Origin: a virus
Taxonomy: Duplodnaviria; Caudoviricetes
Reading direction: 5' to 3' (one strand)
Virus record (IMG/VR): IMGVR_UViG_3300046004_000392
Span: 1 to 63,229 of that record
Length of the DNA: 63,229 bases
In this document: piece by piece, positions 9,052-17,084 of the stretch
Layout: each line of letters starts with the position of its first letter
Numbering within the stretch: position 1 is the stretch's first letter
The notes under the pieces: model-generated
Databases searched by the model: none
Told to the model about the DNA's origin: nothing
The model's input: the letters and a program-made list of their open reading frames with translations, nothing else
Program-made: the position numbers and the translations under genes

Positions 9052-9654
9052 ATGGCTACTACAGCAGCCCCATACGGTCTTCGTCCTATCAACCTAATTG
9101 GTGGTCAGCAATTCGCTGGCTCAACACGTCAATTAAAAATCGCTAGCGGTTATGCTGCTAACATTTTTTACGGTGATGTTGTTGCAATTGGTACAGATGG
9201 TACGATCGTAAAAGTAACAAACGTAGGTACAAACGCGGATGCATTCCCAGCTGGTACAGTTGGTGTGTTCTTAGGTTGTTCATACACAAGCCCATCATTA
9301 GGCTATTTCTTGCAAGCACAATACTGGCCTACTGGTACTGTTGCTTCAAACGCTACAGCTTATGTATGTGACGATCCAGATGCATTGTTCCAAATCCAAG
9401 CAGATGATGCTGTGACTCAAACAATGCTAGGTTCTAACTTTGGCGTGAATCAAACAGCAGGCTCTACAACTACTGGCGATTCAAAAATATCATTAGACGT
9501 TGGTACTCGTGCTACAACAAACACTATCGCATTGCGTTTAGTAGATTTTGTAAACGGCCCATTCTCTACTGTTGGTGACGCATACACTGATTGTATCGTT
9601 AAATTTAACTTTGGTATCCATACGTATTACAATGGTACCGGTGTTGGCGATTAA
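9052..9654 (+). CDS. Putative capsid decoration/cement protein
   Basis: Strong AGGAG SD; beta-rich; immediately before MCP. Confidence 0.6.
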   Translation: MATTAAPYGLRPINLIGGQQFAGSTRQLKIASGYAANIFYGDVVAIGTDGTIVKVTNVGTNADAFPAGTVGVFLGCSYTSPSLGYFLQAQYWPTGTVASNATAYVCDDPDALFQIQADDAVTQTMLGSNFGVNQTAGSTTTGDSKISLDVGTRATTNTIALRLVDFVNGPFSTVGDAYTDCIVKFNFGIHTYYNGTGVGD

Positions 9655-9666
9655 GGAGAATAAATA

Positions 9667-10581
9667 ATGGCTATTTCACGCGCACAGCTCCTTAAAGAGC
9701 TACTACCAGGTCTGAACGCTTTGTTCGGTTTGGAATACAAACGTTACGGCGAAGAGCATCAAGAGATTTACGAAACTGAATCTTCTGAGCGTTCATTCGA
9801 GGAAGAAACAAAATTGTCTGGCTTCTCAGCAGCTCCTGTTAAAAACGAAGGCAACGCCATCGCTTATGACAATGCTCAAGAAGCTTGGACAGCTCGCTAC
9901 ACACACGAAACTATCGCTTTAGGCTTCAGCTTGACTGAAGAAGCAGTAGAAGATAACTTGTATGACACTTTATCTGCTCGCTACACTAAAGCATTAGCTC
10001 GTGGTATGGCTTACACAAAACAAGTTAAAGCAGCTAACGTATTGAACAACGGTTTCAACACCTCTGGTTCATACAACGGCGGCGACGGTGTGCCACTATT
10101 CAGTGCATCTCACCCACTTGTTACTGGCGGTACAAACAGCAACATTCCAACCACTCCAGCAGACTTGAACGAAACTTCATTGGAAAATGCAGTTATTCAA
10201 ATCGCAGCTTGGACTGACGAACGTGGCCTATTGATCGCTGCTAAACCTCGTAAATTGGTTGTTCCACCAGCATTGCAATTCGTTGCAACTCGCTTGTTGG
10301 AAACTGAATTACGTGTTGGCACTGCTGACAACGATATCAACGCATTGAAAAACAACGGTTCAATCCCAGAAGGTTACGCAATTAACCACTTCTTGACTGA
10401 CTCAAATGCTTGGTTCTTGACAACAGACGTACCTAACGGTATGAAACACTTTGTACGTACTCCATTAGCAACATCAATGGATGGCGACTTCGATACTGGT
10501 AACGTTCGTTATAAAGCACGTGAGCGTTATTCATTCGGTTGGTCTGATCCATTAGGTATGTACGGTTCAGCTGGCGCTTAA
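9667..10581 (+). CDS. Major capsid protein
   Basis: MAISRAQLLKELLPGLNALFG start and RYKARERYSFGWSD end; biased codons; AGGAG SD; terminator follows. Confidence 0.9.
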   Translation: MAISRAQLLKELLPGLNALFGLEYKRYGEEHQEIYETESSERSFEEETKLSGFSAAPVKNEGNAIAYDNAQEAWTARYTHETIALGFSLTEEAVEDNLYDTLSARYTKALARGMAYTKQVKAANVLNNGFNTSGSYNGGDGVPLFSASHPLVTGGTNSNIPTTPADLNETSLENAVIQIAAWTDERGLLIAAKPRKLVVPPALQFVATRLLETELRVGTADNDINALKNNGSIPEGYAINHFLTDSNAWFLTTDVPNGMKHFVRTPLATSMDGDFDTGNVRYKARERYSFGWSDPLGMYGSAGA

Positions 10582-10598
10582 TAAACGCTAGGTAAGAC

Positions 10599-10627
10599 AA
10601 AAGGGCTCACTTCGGTGGGCCTTTTTT
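10599..10627 (+). terminator. Intrinsic terminator after MCP
   Basis: GGGCTCAC-TTCG-GTGGGCCT followed by a T run. Confidence 0.85.
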
Positions 10628-10716
10628 AATGGTTTTCTCTATGGTGATATGTACAGAAAAGCGCAGAATTCGTACATGTACATAATGACGTGTACAAATT
10701 TTAAAGGATTATAATC

Positions 10717-10788
10717 ATGTGGACATCACCAGCAGCTACTGAAATGCGTTTCGGTTTTGAAGTAACAATGTACGTAATGAACAAATAG
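10717..10788 (+). CDS. pqqA: Coenzyme PQQ precursor peptide PqqA (MWTSPAATEMRFGFEVTMYVMNK)
   Basis: 23-aa ORF with AAGGA SD; MW-x-x-P leader, RFGFE and the E-x-x-x-Y core that becomes PQQ. Confidence 0.95.
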   Translation: MWTSPAATEMRFGFEVTMYVMNK

Positions 10789-10808
10789 TCTAAACATTTG
10801 TTTAAACA

Positions 10809-10898
10809 TAGGCGGTTAAGCCGACACTAGAGGATGTAGTAAGTAACGAGTTTTTCGGCTTTCTGCGTTACATGTAACAACTACCAAATCTACGCCTA
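10809..10898 (+). ncRNA. Candidate structured RNA 3' of pqqA
   Basis: Nested pairings TAGGCG/CGCCTA, TAGA/TCTA, GTAGT/ACTAC, GTAACG/CGTTAC. Confidence 0.35.
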
Positions 10899-11267
10899 CC
10901 TTTCTGTAATTAGGCCTTCTTTTAATTTACGTTCTTCGTGATGGTGTTTGCGGTGACAATTAGCGCATAGCACTATGCATTTGGCTTCTATTTCTTCGCG
11001 GGCTATCTTATAAGCTCCGTTCTGAACTAATTCACTTATCTTTCTATTGGCGGGATCGGGTACTACGTGGTGGAAGTCTAATGCTGCCGGGTGGTTTTCA
11101 CCGCAGTTGGCACACGCTAACGAGGCTTTATAGTTTTCCCATTGGATTCTTTTCTTTATCTTACCTAACCTAATTCGTTCTATCTGAGCTGGCTTATTAC
11201 TGTCGTAGTGCTTCTTAGAATATAGCTTTGCTTTTGCCTTGCGAACTTCTAGGTCTTTGTAGGGCAT
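10896..11267 (-). CDS. HNH endonuclease (Zn-binding), antisense within the late arm
   Basis: CANC...LDFHH...CANCHRKHH; likely start MPYKD at 11267 with GGAG SD. Confidence 0.85.
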   Translation of the reverse strand: MPYKDLEVRKAKAKLYSKKHYDSNKPAQIERIRLGKIKKRIQWENYKASLACANCGENHPAALDFHHVVPDPANRKISELVQNGAYKIAREEIEAKCIVLCANCHRKHHHEERKLKEGLITER

Positions 11268-11285
11268 AAATACTCCACTAATCTG

Positions 11286-11314
11286 TTGACACCAAAACAA
11301 TAACATAGTATAAA
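11286..11314 (+). promoter_or_regulatory. Sigma70 promoter
   Basis: TTGACA-N17-TATAAA; predicted start ~11321. Confidence 0.7.
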
Positions 11315-11320
11315 GACTGT

Positions 11321-11400
11321 ATCAACCGGGAAATTAAATCCGGCTCATTAGACTGCCCCGGCGGACGCATACAAGACTAATGAGCTTACTTTGTATGGAG
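11321..11400 (+). ncRNA. Candidate double-pseudoknot cis-regulatory leader RNA
   Basis: Three crossing helices: 11326-30/11357-61, 11343-51/11377-85, 11368-75/11390-97; the last abuts the GGAG SD. Confidence 0.55.
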
Positions 11401-11408
11401 AAATTCAA

Positions 11409-11864
11409 ATGGCATTTACCACATTCAGCGGTCCAGTTCGTTCATTAGCAGGTTTCGTAGAACCTGTAATATACATCAAAGCTACAGACGTAGTATCAGG
11501 TGCAGTTAATGTTTCTGCAACAGGTAACATCGTAATCCTTTCACCAGCAGATGGTGGCCCAGCTTCAACATGTACATTAGTATTACCAGAAGTAGTAAGC
11601 GGTGATTTCACCCTAACTTCACAACCAGCCGATGCTCGTTACAATGGCGCTAAAGGTACTATCTTGAACTACGGCGCAGTTGATCACGTTTTAGGCGGCT
11701 ACGGCACTAATGACTCAACATCAACAGCAGGCCAAAAAGTTAACGGCTCTACAGCTGGTGTAGTTATCCCCGCAGGTTACGGCGTTCAATTCGGTGGTAA
11801 TGGTAACGACGCAGCACCTTGGGCCGCTACTAACTCAGTATTGTCCACAGCTAACACATTCTAA
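11409..11864 (+). CDS. Putative virion structural protein (MAFTTFSGPVRS...)
   Basis: ATG at 11409 after GGAG; beta-rich, G/T/A-rich. Confidence 0.7.
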   Translation: MAFTTFSGPVRSLAGFVEPVIYIKATDVVSGAVNVSATGNIVILSPADGGPASTCTLVLPEVVSGDFTLTSQPADARYNGAKGTILNYGAVDHVLGGYGTNDSTSTAGQKVNGSTAGVVIPAGYGVQFGGNGNDAAPWAATNSVLSTANTF

Positions 11865-11872
11865 TTAATCTT

Positions 11873-11886
11873 GGGGCTTCGGCCCC
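11873..11886 (+). other. GC hairpin with UUCG loop, no U tract
   Basis: GGGGC-TTCG-GCCCC in intergenic space. Confidence 0.5.
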
Positions 11887-11910
11887 GCTTACAATCTAAG
11901 GAGATTAATT

Positions 11911-12696
11911 ATGAGCATAGTTTCATCAATAACCCGCGTAGGCACGTATGAGCCATTCGAGTTACAAGTTGCACGTGGTCAAATCACAATGCATCGAAGT
12001 TTTTGCCAATTTGGCGCAAACGGGGCTGTCGGTACATCATTAGAAACGGTTTGGGTTGGTAGCAGTTTATATACCTTCCCTGCATCAGCTACTACTACAA
12101 CTGTTTCAAGCTCTAGCGCAGATGATGCTTCAGCAGGTACGGGCGCAAGAACCGTATTGGTTGAAGGTTTAAATGCAAGTTACGAAGCTGTTTCTGAAAC
12201 AGCGTCTTTAAATGGGCAAACTGGCGTAACTTTAACAAATCAGTATTTGCGTGTTAATAAAGTAACAGTTTTAACGGCAGGTTCTGGTGGCACTTCTGCG
12301 GGAAGTATTTATGTAGGTACTGGCACTGTTACCACTGGTGTTCCAGCAAACATTATTAACCGTACTGGTTCAAGCAGCAACGAAAGTGAGTCTGCATTTT
12401 ATACTGTACCCGCTGGATACACAGCATTTATTACTCGGTTTACAATGTCTTCAGCTAACTCAACAGCAAACACTTCTACTAGATTTATATTGCGAATTCG
12501 ACCGTATGGTGGTGTTTTTGGGTACAAAGCTATATATAATATACCTGGAAACGGTATATATGAGTGTGAAGCAGCATATCCACTAGCAGTGCCAGAAAAG
12601 ACAGACCTTGATATTTTATCATTAACAAGCGCCGACAGTGCCTACGCATCAACTCAACTACAAATCGTCTTAATTAAGAATGACGGTGTTTCGTAA
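11911..12696 (+). CDS. Putative structural protein (S/T/G-rich beta protein)
   Basis: AGGAG SD; 261 aa. Confidence 0.7.
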   Translation: MSIVSSITRVGTYEPFELQVARGQITMHRSFCQFGANGAVGTSLETVWVGSSLYTFPASATTTTVSSSSADDASAGTGARTVLVEGLNASYEAVSETASLNGQTGVTLTNQYLRVNKVTVLTAGSGGTSAGSIYVGTGTVTTGVPANIINRTGSSSNESESAFYTVPAGYTAFITRFTMSSANSTANTSTRFILRIRPYGGVFGYKAIYNIPGNGIYECEAAYPLAVPEKTDLDILSLTSADSAYASTQLQIVLIKNDGVS

Positions 12697-12923
12697 TGAG
12701 CATAGAAAGAGAATTAGCAGTTCATGGGACTGAGATTAAACATCTACAAGCTGATATGGATAGACTTGTCGCCGATATGGACGACATTAAAAAGACGCTT
12801 AATGACATTAATTCAACCCTTGCAGAAGCCCGCGGTGGTTGGAAAGTCTTAATGATGGTTGGCGGTGCTGGCGGTGCTCTTGGCGCTGTAGTTACTCAAT
12901 TCGCACATAAACTATTTGGATAG
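12696..12923 (+). CDS. Small coiled-coil + C-terminal TM protein (XhlA/holin-like)
   Basis: Heptad N-terminus then hydrophobic GGWKVLMMVGGAGGALGAVV. Confidence 0.55.
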   Translation: MSIERELAVHGTEIKHLQADMDRLVADMDDIKKTLNDINSTLAEARGGWKVLMMVGGAGGALGAVVTQFAHKLFG

Positions 12924-12931
12924 GATAAAAA

Positions 12932-13075
12932 ATGGCAATTACACTAAAGAAAAAAGTTACCGAAGCTGCAGAAGAAGTAGCAGTAGAAGAAGTGGTGGTA
13001 GCTAAGGAAGTTAAAGAAACGCCTGCCCCAGCAAAAGCACCTGCTACAGGTACAAGTTGGTTTATGAGCAAGTAA
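12932..13075 (+). CDS. Small hypothetical protein (47 aa, MAITLKKKVTEAAEE...)
   Basis: Hand-translated; AGGA SD; fills the gap. Confidence 0.6.
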   Translation: MAITLKKKVTEAAEEVAVEEVVVAKEVKETPAPAKAPATGTSWFMSK

Positions 13076-13077
13076 TC

Positions 13078-13461
13078 ATGCCAAGCAAGAGTAAACCTCA
13101 AGCTAAACTAATGGCTGCTGCGGCACATAACCCTAAATTCGCTAAGAAGGTAGGTATTCCTACTAAAGTAGCAAAAGAGTTTAACGCAGCGGACAAAGGT
13201 AAGACCTTTAAAAAAGGCGGCGTGTCATTAGCTGTTGGTCGTGGTGAGAAGTTACCAGTATCGCAAGGTGCTGGACTTACTGCCAAAGGCCGCGCAAAAT
13301 ACAATGCAGCAACGGGGTCGAACTTAAAAGCTCCTCAGCCAGAAGGTGGTCCTCGCAAGAAATCGTTTTGTGCCCGTATGTCAGGTATGCCAGGCCCAAT
13401 GAAAGACGAGAATGGCAAACCTACTCGTAAAGCAGCGTCATTAAAACGTTGGAAATGTTAA
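13078..13461 (+). CDS. Small basic protein (FKKGG; SFCARM motif)
   Basis: Likely start MPSKSKPQ at 13078; very Lys-rich. Confidence 0.7.
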   Translation: MPSKSKPQAKLMAAAAHNPKFAKKVGIPTKVAKEFNAADKGKTFKKGGVSLAVGRGEKLPVSQGAGLTAKGRAKYNAATGSNLKAPQPEGGPRKKSFCARMSGMPGPMKDENGKPTRKAASLKRWKC

Positions 13462-13471
13462 AGGAACTAAT

Positions 13472-13816
13472 ATGGCTGACAATAAAGCAAAACCAGTAAA
13501 CGTAAAACCAGTTAAATCTGAAGCAACTGACGAAGATTATACGCCTCCTGATATTAAGGATAAGCTACAAGACATGAAGAACAAAAAAGCTGCTGAGAAG
13601 TATGAAGCAACTAAATCATACAAAAAAGGTGGCGATGTAAAATCTGATTTAGCCCAAGATAAAAAGATGGTTAAGAAAGCAGTAAAGATGCATGATGACC
13701 AACTACACGGCGGCAAAAAGACTAACCTTAAATCACTAAAAAGCGGCGGCTGTACTAAAATGGCTCGTGGCGGCGGTATTGAAGTTCGCGGTAAAACCCG
13801 CGGGAAGATGTGTTAA
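13472..13816 (+). CDS. Small basic protein (YKKGG, MARGG, RGKTRG)
   Basis: AAGGA SD; Lys-rich. Confidence 0.7.
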   Translation: MADNKAKPVNVKPVKSEATDEDYTPPDIKDKLQDMKNKKAAEKYEATKSYKKGGDVKSDLAQDKKMVKKAVKMHDDQLHGGKKTNLKSLKSGGCTKMARGGGIEVRGKTRGKMC

Positions 13817-13818
13817 TT

Positions 13819-14202
13819 ATGGCTACGTATGCTGGGGCTGAGAGTTGGAATGACAACACTAAGAAAGACGCTAAAACACTAGCTAAGCTAGAAAAAAATA
13901 AAGCTAAAATGGAAGGCGCATTTTATTCTACTGGAAGTAAAGCGGTTACAAAAAAAGAAGTTGACGCTGAAGAGCACGCTAGAAATAAACTGTTAAATTT
14001 TAACGAGACAGAGCAAGAATATTTAAAGCAACGAATTTTAAACGAGTACCCTAAAGATACAGAAGATGGTGAAGGACGTAAGTCAAAAAATACGCAGGGG
14101 TATGGTAAAGAGCCGGTAGTAAAAAACGCTAGAGGCGGTTCAATAAGTTCAGCATCTAAACGTGCTGATGGTTGCGCAATGCGCGGAAAGACAAGGGCAT
14201 AA
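13819..14202 (+). CDS. Small charged protein (NARGG, RADGCAMRGKTRA)
   Basis: Likely start ATG 13819. Confidence 0.65.
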   Translation: MATYAGAESWNDNTKKDAKTLAKLEKNKAKMEGAFYSTGSKAVTKKEVDAEEHARNKLLNFNETEQEYLKQRILNEYPKDTEDGEGRKSKNTQGYGKEPVVKNARGGSISSASKRADGCAMRGKTRA

Positions 14203-14203
14203 T

Positions 14204-14869
14204 ATGAAAGACTACGACGTATGGGAAAAGTATCTAGCTGACAAAGCCGCTGGTAAAAAAGCGAAAGAGGAAGCTAAATACGAAGCTGGTAAACGTGCAT
14301 TAGATTCTAAGTACGACCAGAAAAAGAAATCTGAAGAGATTGCTAAAGCAGCTAAGCTGAAGATGGCTAACGATGCTGTTGAGTCACATCGCCGTGCGGG
14401 TAATCTTGCTGGTGGTAAACCACAATACGTTATAGACAACGAGAAACGTATTAAAGATTGGGAAGCTAAGCAATCTGCTAAAAAAGCAGACGACAAGTCA
14501 ACAAAAGTAACTAAGAAAGAAGTTACTGTAGAGACTCCTACAGGCAACATCGGTTCACGTAATAGCTTTGATGCAGGTGAAGTTAGCCCATTTGCCAACC
14601 GCAAAGCAGAAGCAATTGCTGAGAAAGTAATTGACTACCCATCACGTACAGCTGACGAAGTAGTTGAAAAAATCACGGAAGCAAAAGCAGCTGATGAACC
14701 TAGGTTTAGCGCTAACAACCCAATGGGTATGAAAAAAGGCGGTAGCGTACGAGCAAAACCTAAAGCTAAAGCTAAATGTATGGCATCTGGTGGTTCTACC
14801 TCATCAAGAGCATCATCTCGTGGTGACGGCTGTGCACAACGCGGCAAAACTAGAGGACGGATGGTATAA
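14204..14869 (+). CDS. Basic protein (MKKGG, MASGG, RGDGCAQRGKTRG)
   Basis: Likely start ATG 14204. Confidence 0.7.
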   Translation: MKDYDVWEKYLADKAAGKKAKEEAKYEAGKRALDSKYDQKKKSEEIAKAAKLKMANDAVESHRRAGNLAGGKPQYVIDNEKRIKDWEAKQSAKKADDKSTKVTKKEVTVETPTGNIGSRNSFDAGEVSPFANRKAEAIAEKVIDYPSRTADEVVEKITEAKAADEPRFSANNPMGMKKGGSVRAKPKAKAKCMASGGSTSSRASSRGDGCAQRGKTRGRMV

Positions 14870-15135
14870 TGAGACCGTCACGTGGAATGGGGTGCATGAA
14901 AAAGGATAAGATGCCTGGCTCAAAAGGCAAGACTATTGTACGTAAGGACAAACCGCAGTTCGTAACCGAGTACAAGAAGGGTGGCGATGTAAACCTTCCT
15001 GGCTTGTATGCAAATATCAATGCTAAAAAGAAACGTATTGCAGCAGGGTCTGGTGAAAAGATGCGTAAACCTGGAAGTTTAGGGGCACCCACTTCAGACG
15101 CCTTTAAGAAGTCAGCGTTAACTGCTAAAAAGTAG
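14869..15135 (+). CDS. Small basic protein (YKKGG; GLYANINAKKKR)
   Basis: Coupled TAATG start. Confidence 0.7.
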   Translation: MRPSRGMGCMKKDKMPGSKGKTIVRKDKPQFVTEYKKGGDVNLPGLYANINAKKKRIAAGSGEKMRKPGSLGAPTSDAFKKSALTAKK

Positions 15136-15145
15136 GGGATAAACA

Positions 15146-15268
15146 ATGCAACTCTATAGTGTAGGTATGATATGCGGCTTTACTATAGGGATTCAATACG
15201 AACTCATTGATAGCCAAGACTACCTAATAATTAGTTTAGGTATCGTAGAAATAGTATTAATTAGGTAG
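15146..15268 (+). CDS. Small hydrophobic hypothetical protein (40 aa)
   Basis: Hand-translated MQLYSVGMICGFTIGIQYE...; GGGG SD. Confidence 0.45.
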   Translation: MQLYSVGMICGFTIGIQYELIDSQDYLIISLGIVEIVLIR

Positions 15269-15275
15269 GGGTTAT

Positions 15276-16223
15276 ATGGCTTTAAACACAGCAACGTCAG
15301 GTACATCCTCTTTTAATCTAGACATAAACAATCTAGTAGAAGAAGCGTTTGAGCGTTGTGGCTCAGAGTTACGTACGGGCTACGACTTAAGAACCGCACG
15401 CCGTAGCTTGAATTTGCTTACTATTGAGTGGGCTAACCGCGGCATTAACTTGTGGACTGTAGAGCAAGGCGAGATTCCTTTAGTACAAGGCCAGATATTG
15501 TATGCGCTACCTACCGAAACCATTGACTTACTAGATCAAGTGGTGCGTACAGGTACAGGGCAGAATCAAGTAGACATCAATATCACGCGTATTAGTGAGT
15601 CTACATACATTACAATACCTAACAAGAACGCACAAGGGCGTCCAATTCAAGTATGGATTAACCGCCAGACAGGTAACACTAACTCAACAACCTCTACGCT
15701 ATCTACTACAATAACCGCAGCATCTACATCGATTGCGCTAAGTGACGTGACAATGCTAGGCTCTACTGGGTTTATCAAGCTAGATAACGAGATCATCAGC
15801 TACAGCAATTTAGATAAGTCAACTACTTCATCTGCGGGTACATTGAGTAACCTAGGCCGGGGCCAACAAAACACATTAGCTGCAGCACACACTGCTGGTG
15901 CAGCTGTTACGGTAACAAACGTGCCTAACGTGAGCGTCTGGCCAGTTCCCGAACAAAGCAACTACTACACACTAGTGTACTACCGTCTACGCCGAATCCA
16001 AGATGCAGGTTCAAGCGGCACTAACACACAAGATATACCGTTTAGGTTCTTACCTGCGATGGTTGCAGGCTTAGCGTACCACTTAAGCATGAAGATACCA
16101 GAAGCGTTACCTAGGGTACCAATGCTAAAAGCAATGTACGAAGAAACGTACCAACAAGCCGCTGATGAAGACCGTGAGAAAGCAGCACTAAGACTAGCGC
16201 CTAGAATGCAGTTTATAAGGTAG
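15276..16223 (+). CDS. Putative head-tail adaptor/connector protein
   Basis: ARRSLNLLTIEWANRGINLW and IPFRFLPAMVAGLAY helices; late module. Confidence 0.6.
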   Translation: MALNTATSGTSSFNLDINNLVEEAFERCGSELRTGYDLRTARRSLNLLTIEWANRGINLWTVEQGEIPLVQGQILYALPTETIDLLDQVVRTGTGQNQVDINITRISESTYITIPNKNAQGRPIQVWINRQTGNTNSTTSTLSTTITAASTSIALSDVTMLGSTGFIKLDNEIISYSNLDKSTTSSAGTLSNLGRGQQNTLAAAHTAGAAVTVTNVPNVSVWPVPEQSNYYTLVYYRLRRIQDAGSSGTNTQDIPFRFLPAMVAGLAYHLSMKIPEALPRVPMLKAMYEETYQQAADEDREKAALRLAPRMQFIR

Positions 16224-16227
16224 TGTT

Positions 16228-16650
16228 ATGGCGAGTAAATACTCAAGTGGTAAGTTCGCAATTGCACAGTGCGACAGGTGTAATTTTAGGTATAAGTTAT
16301 CGCAACTAAAGCGGTTAGTCATTAAGACTAAGAACGTTGATATATTAGTGTGTCAGAATTGTTGGGAGCCAGATCAGCCCCAGTTACAACTAGGTATGTA
16401 TCCAGTTAATGACCCACAAGCAGTTAGAGACCCACGACCAGATACAAGCTATTTCCAATCAGGTCTAAATGGGTTACAATTAACGGAAACAACGAGCGTT
16501 AATCCAAACTCAACTGGGGTTCCGTTACAAGGTAGTAGGGTAATACAGTGGGGTTGGAATCCAGTAGGGTTACGTGATCCGTTTAACTTAGAAGTAAACA
16601 ACTTGGTAGCAGTTGCCTCAGTCGGTACTGTAACCGTAACGACGACATAG
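16228..16650 (+). CDS. Hypothetical protein with CxxC...CxxC Zn ribbon
   Basis: CDRC...CQNC. Confidence 0.7.
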   Translation: MASKYSSGKFAIAQCDRCNFRYKLSQLKRLVIKTKNVDILVCQNCWEPDQPQLQLGMYPVNDPQAVRDPRPDTSYFQSGLNGLQLTETTSVNPNSTGVPLQGSRVIQWGWNPVGLRDPFNLEVNNLVAVASVGTVTVTTT

Positions 16651-16660
16651 GAGAAGTAAA

Positions 16661-16855
16661 ATGGCATTTAAAGCAGGCGCACAAGGTATCAACACCAAAG
16701 GTAAAACCAAAGGCAAACAATTAGGTATCGACGGCGCTAAATTGCCTGTTGATGGTGGTGTTTCTAAGGGTGGTAAAGCACGTTCAGTTAAATCAATCGA
16801 CATGAAGAAAATGGGTCGTAACTTAGCTCGTGCAGCTAATCAAAAAGGCGGATAA
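16661..16855 (+). CDS. Small basic protein (KGKTKG motif)
   Basis: AGGAG SD. Confidence 0.7.
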   Translation: MAFKAGAQGINTKGKTKGKQLGIDGAKLPVDGGVSKGGKARSVKSIDMKKMGRNLARAANQKGG

Positions 16856-16856
16856 T

Positions 16857-17075
16857 ATGGCAGAATATAATCAACCAAAAGTAGTACCCAATGCGGATAT
16901 CAGTTACCAAACTGACCCAAACAACATAAGTGCAGACAAATCTAATGGCTGTATTCCAGCTCGTCGCGTAAGCGGTGGTAATCCTGCGCGTAATGAAGTT
17001 AAAACAGCTGGCATGAAGCAACGTGGTAGTGGTGCTGCTACAAAAGGTTTCACTTCACGCGGTCCGATGGCATAA
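16857..17075 (+). CDS. Small basic protein (RGSGAATKG motif)
   Basis: Likely start ATG 16857. Confidence 0.65.
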   Translation: MAEYNQPKVVPNADISYQTDPNNISADKSNGCIPARRVSGGNPARNEVKTAGMKQRGSGAATKGFTSRGPMA

Positions 17076-17084
17076 GGTAGGTCA

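Noticed and set aside
10628-11400. tRNA or known riboswitch (glnA, SAM, ZTP) in post-capsid intergenic DNA
   Set aside because: No cloverleaf or T-loop and no consensus of those classes recognisable by eye; kept only as unclassified RNA candidates
11873-11886. Intrinsic terminator
   Set aside because: UUCG hairpin lacks a U tract; more likely a stability or pause hairpin
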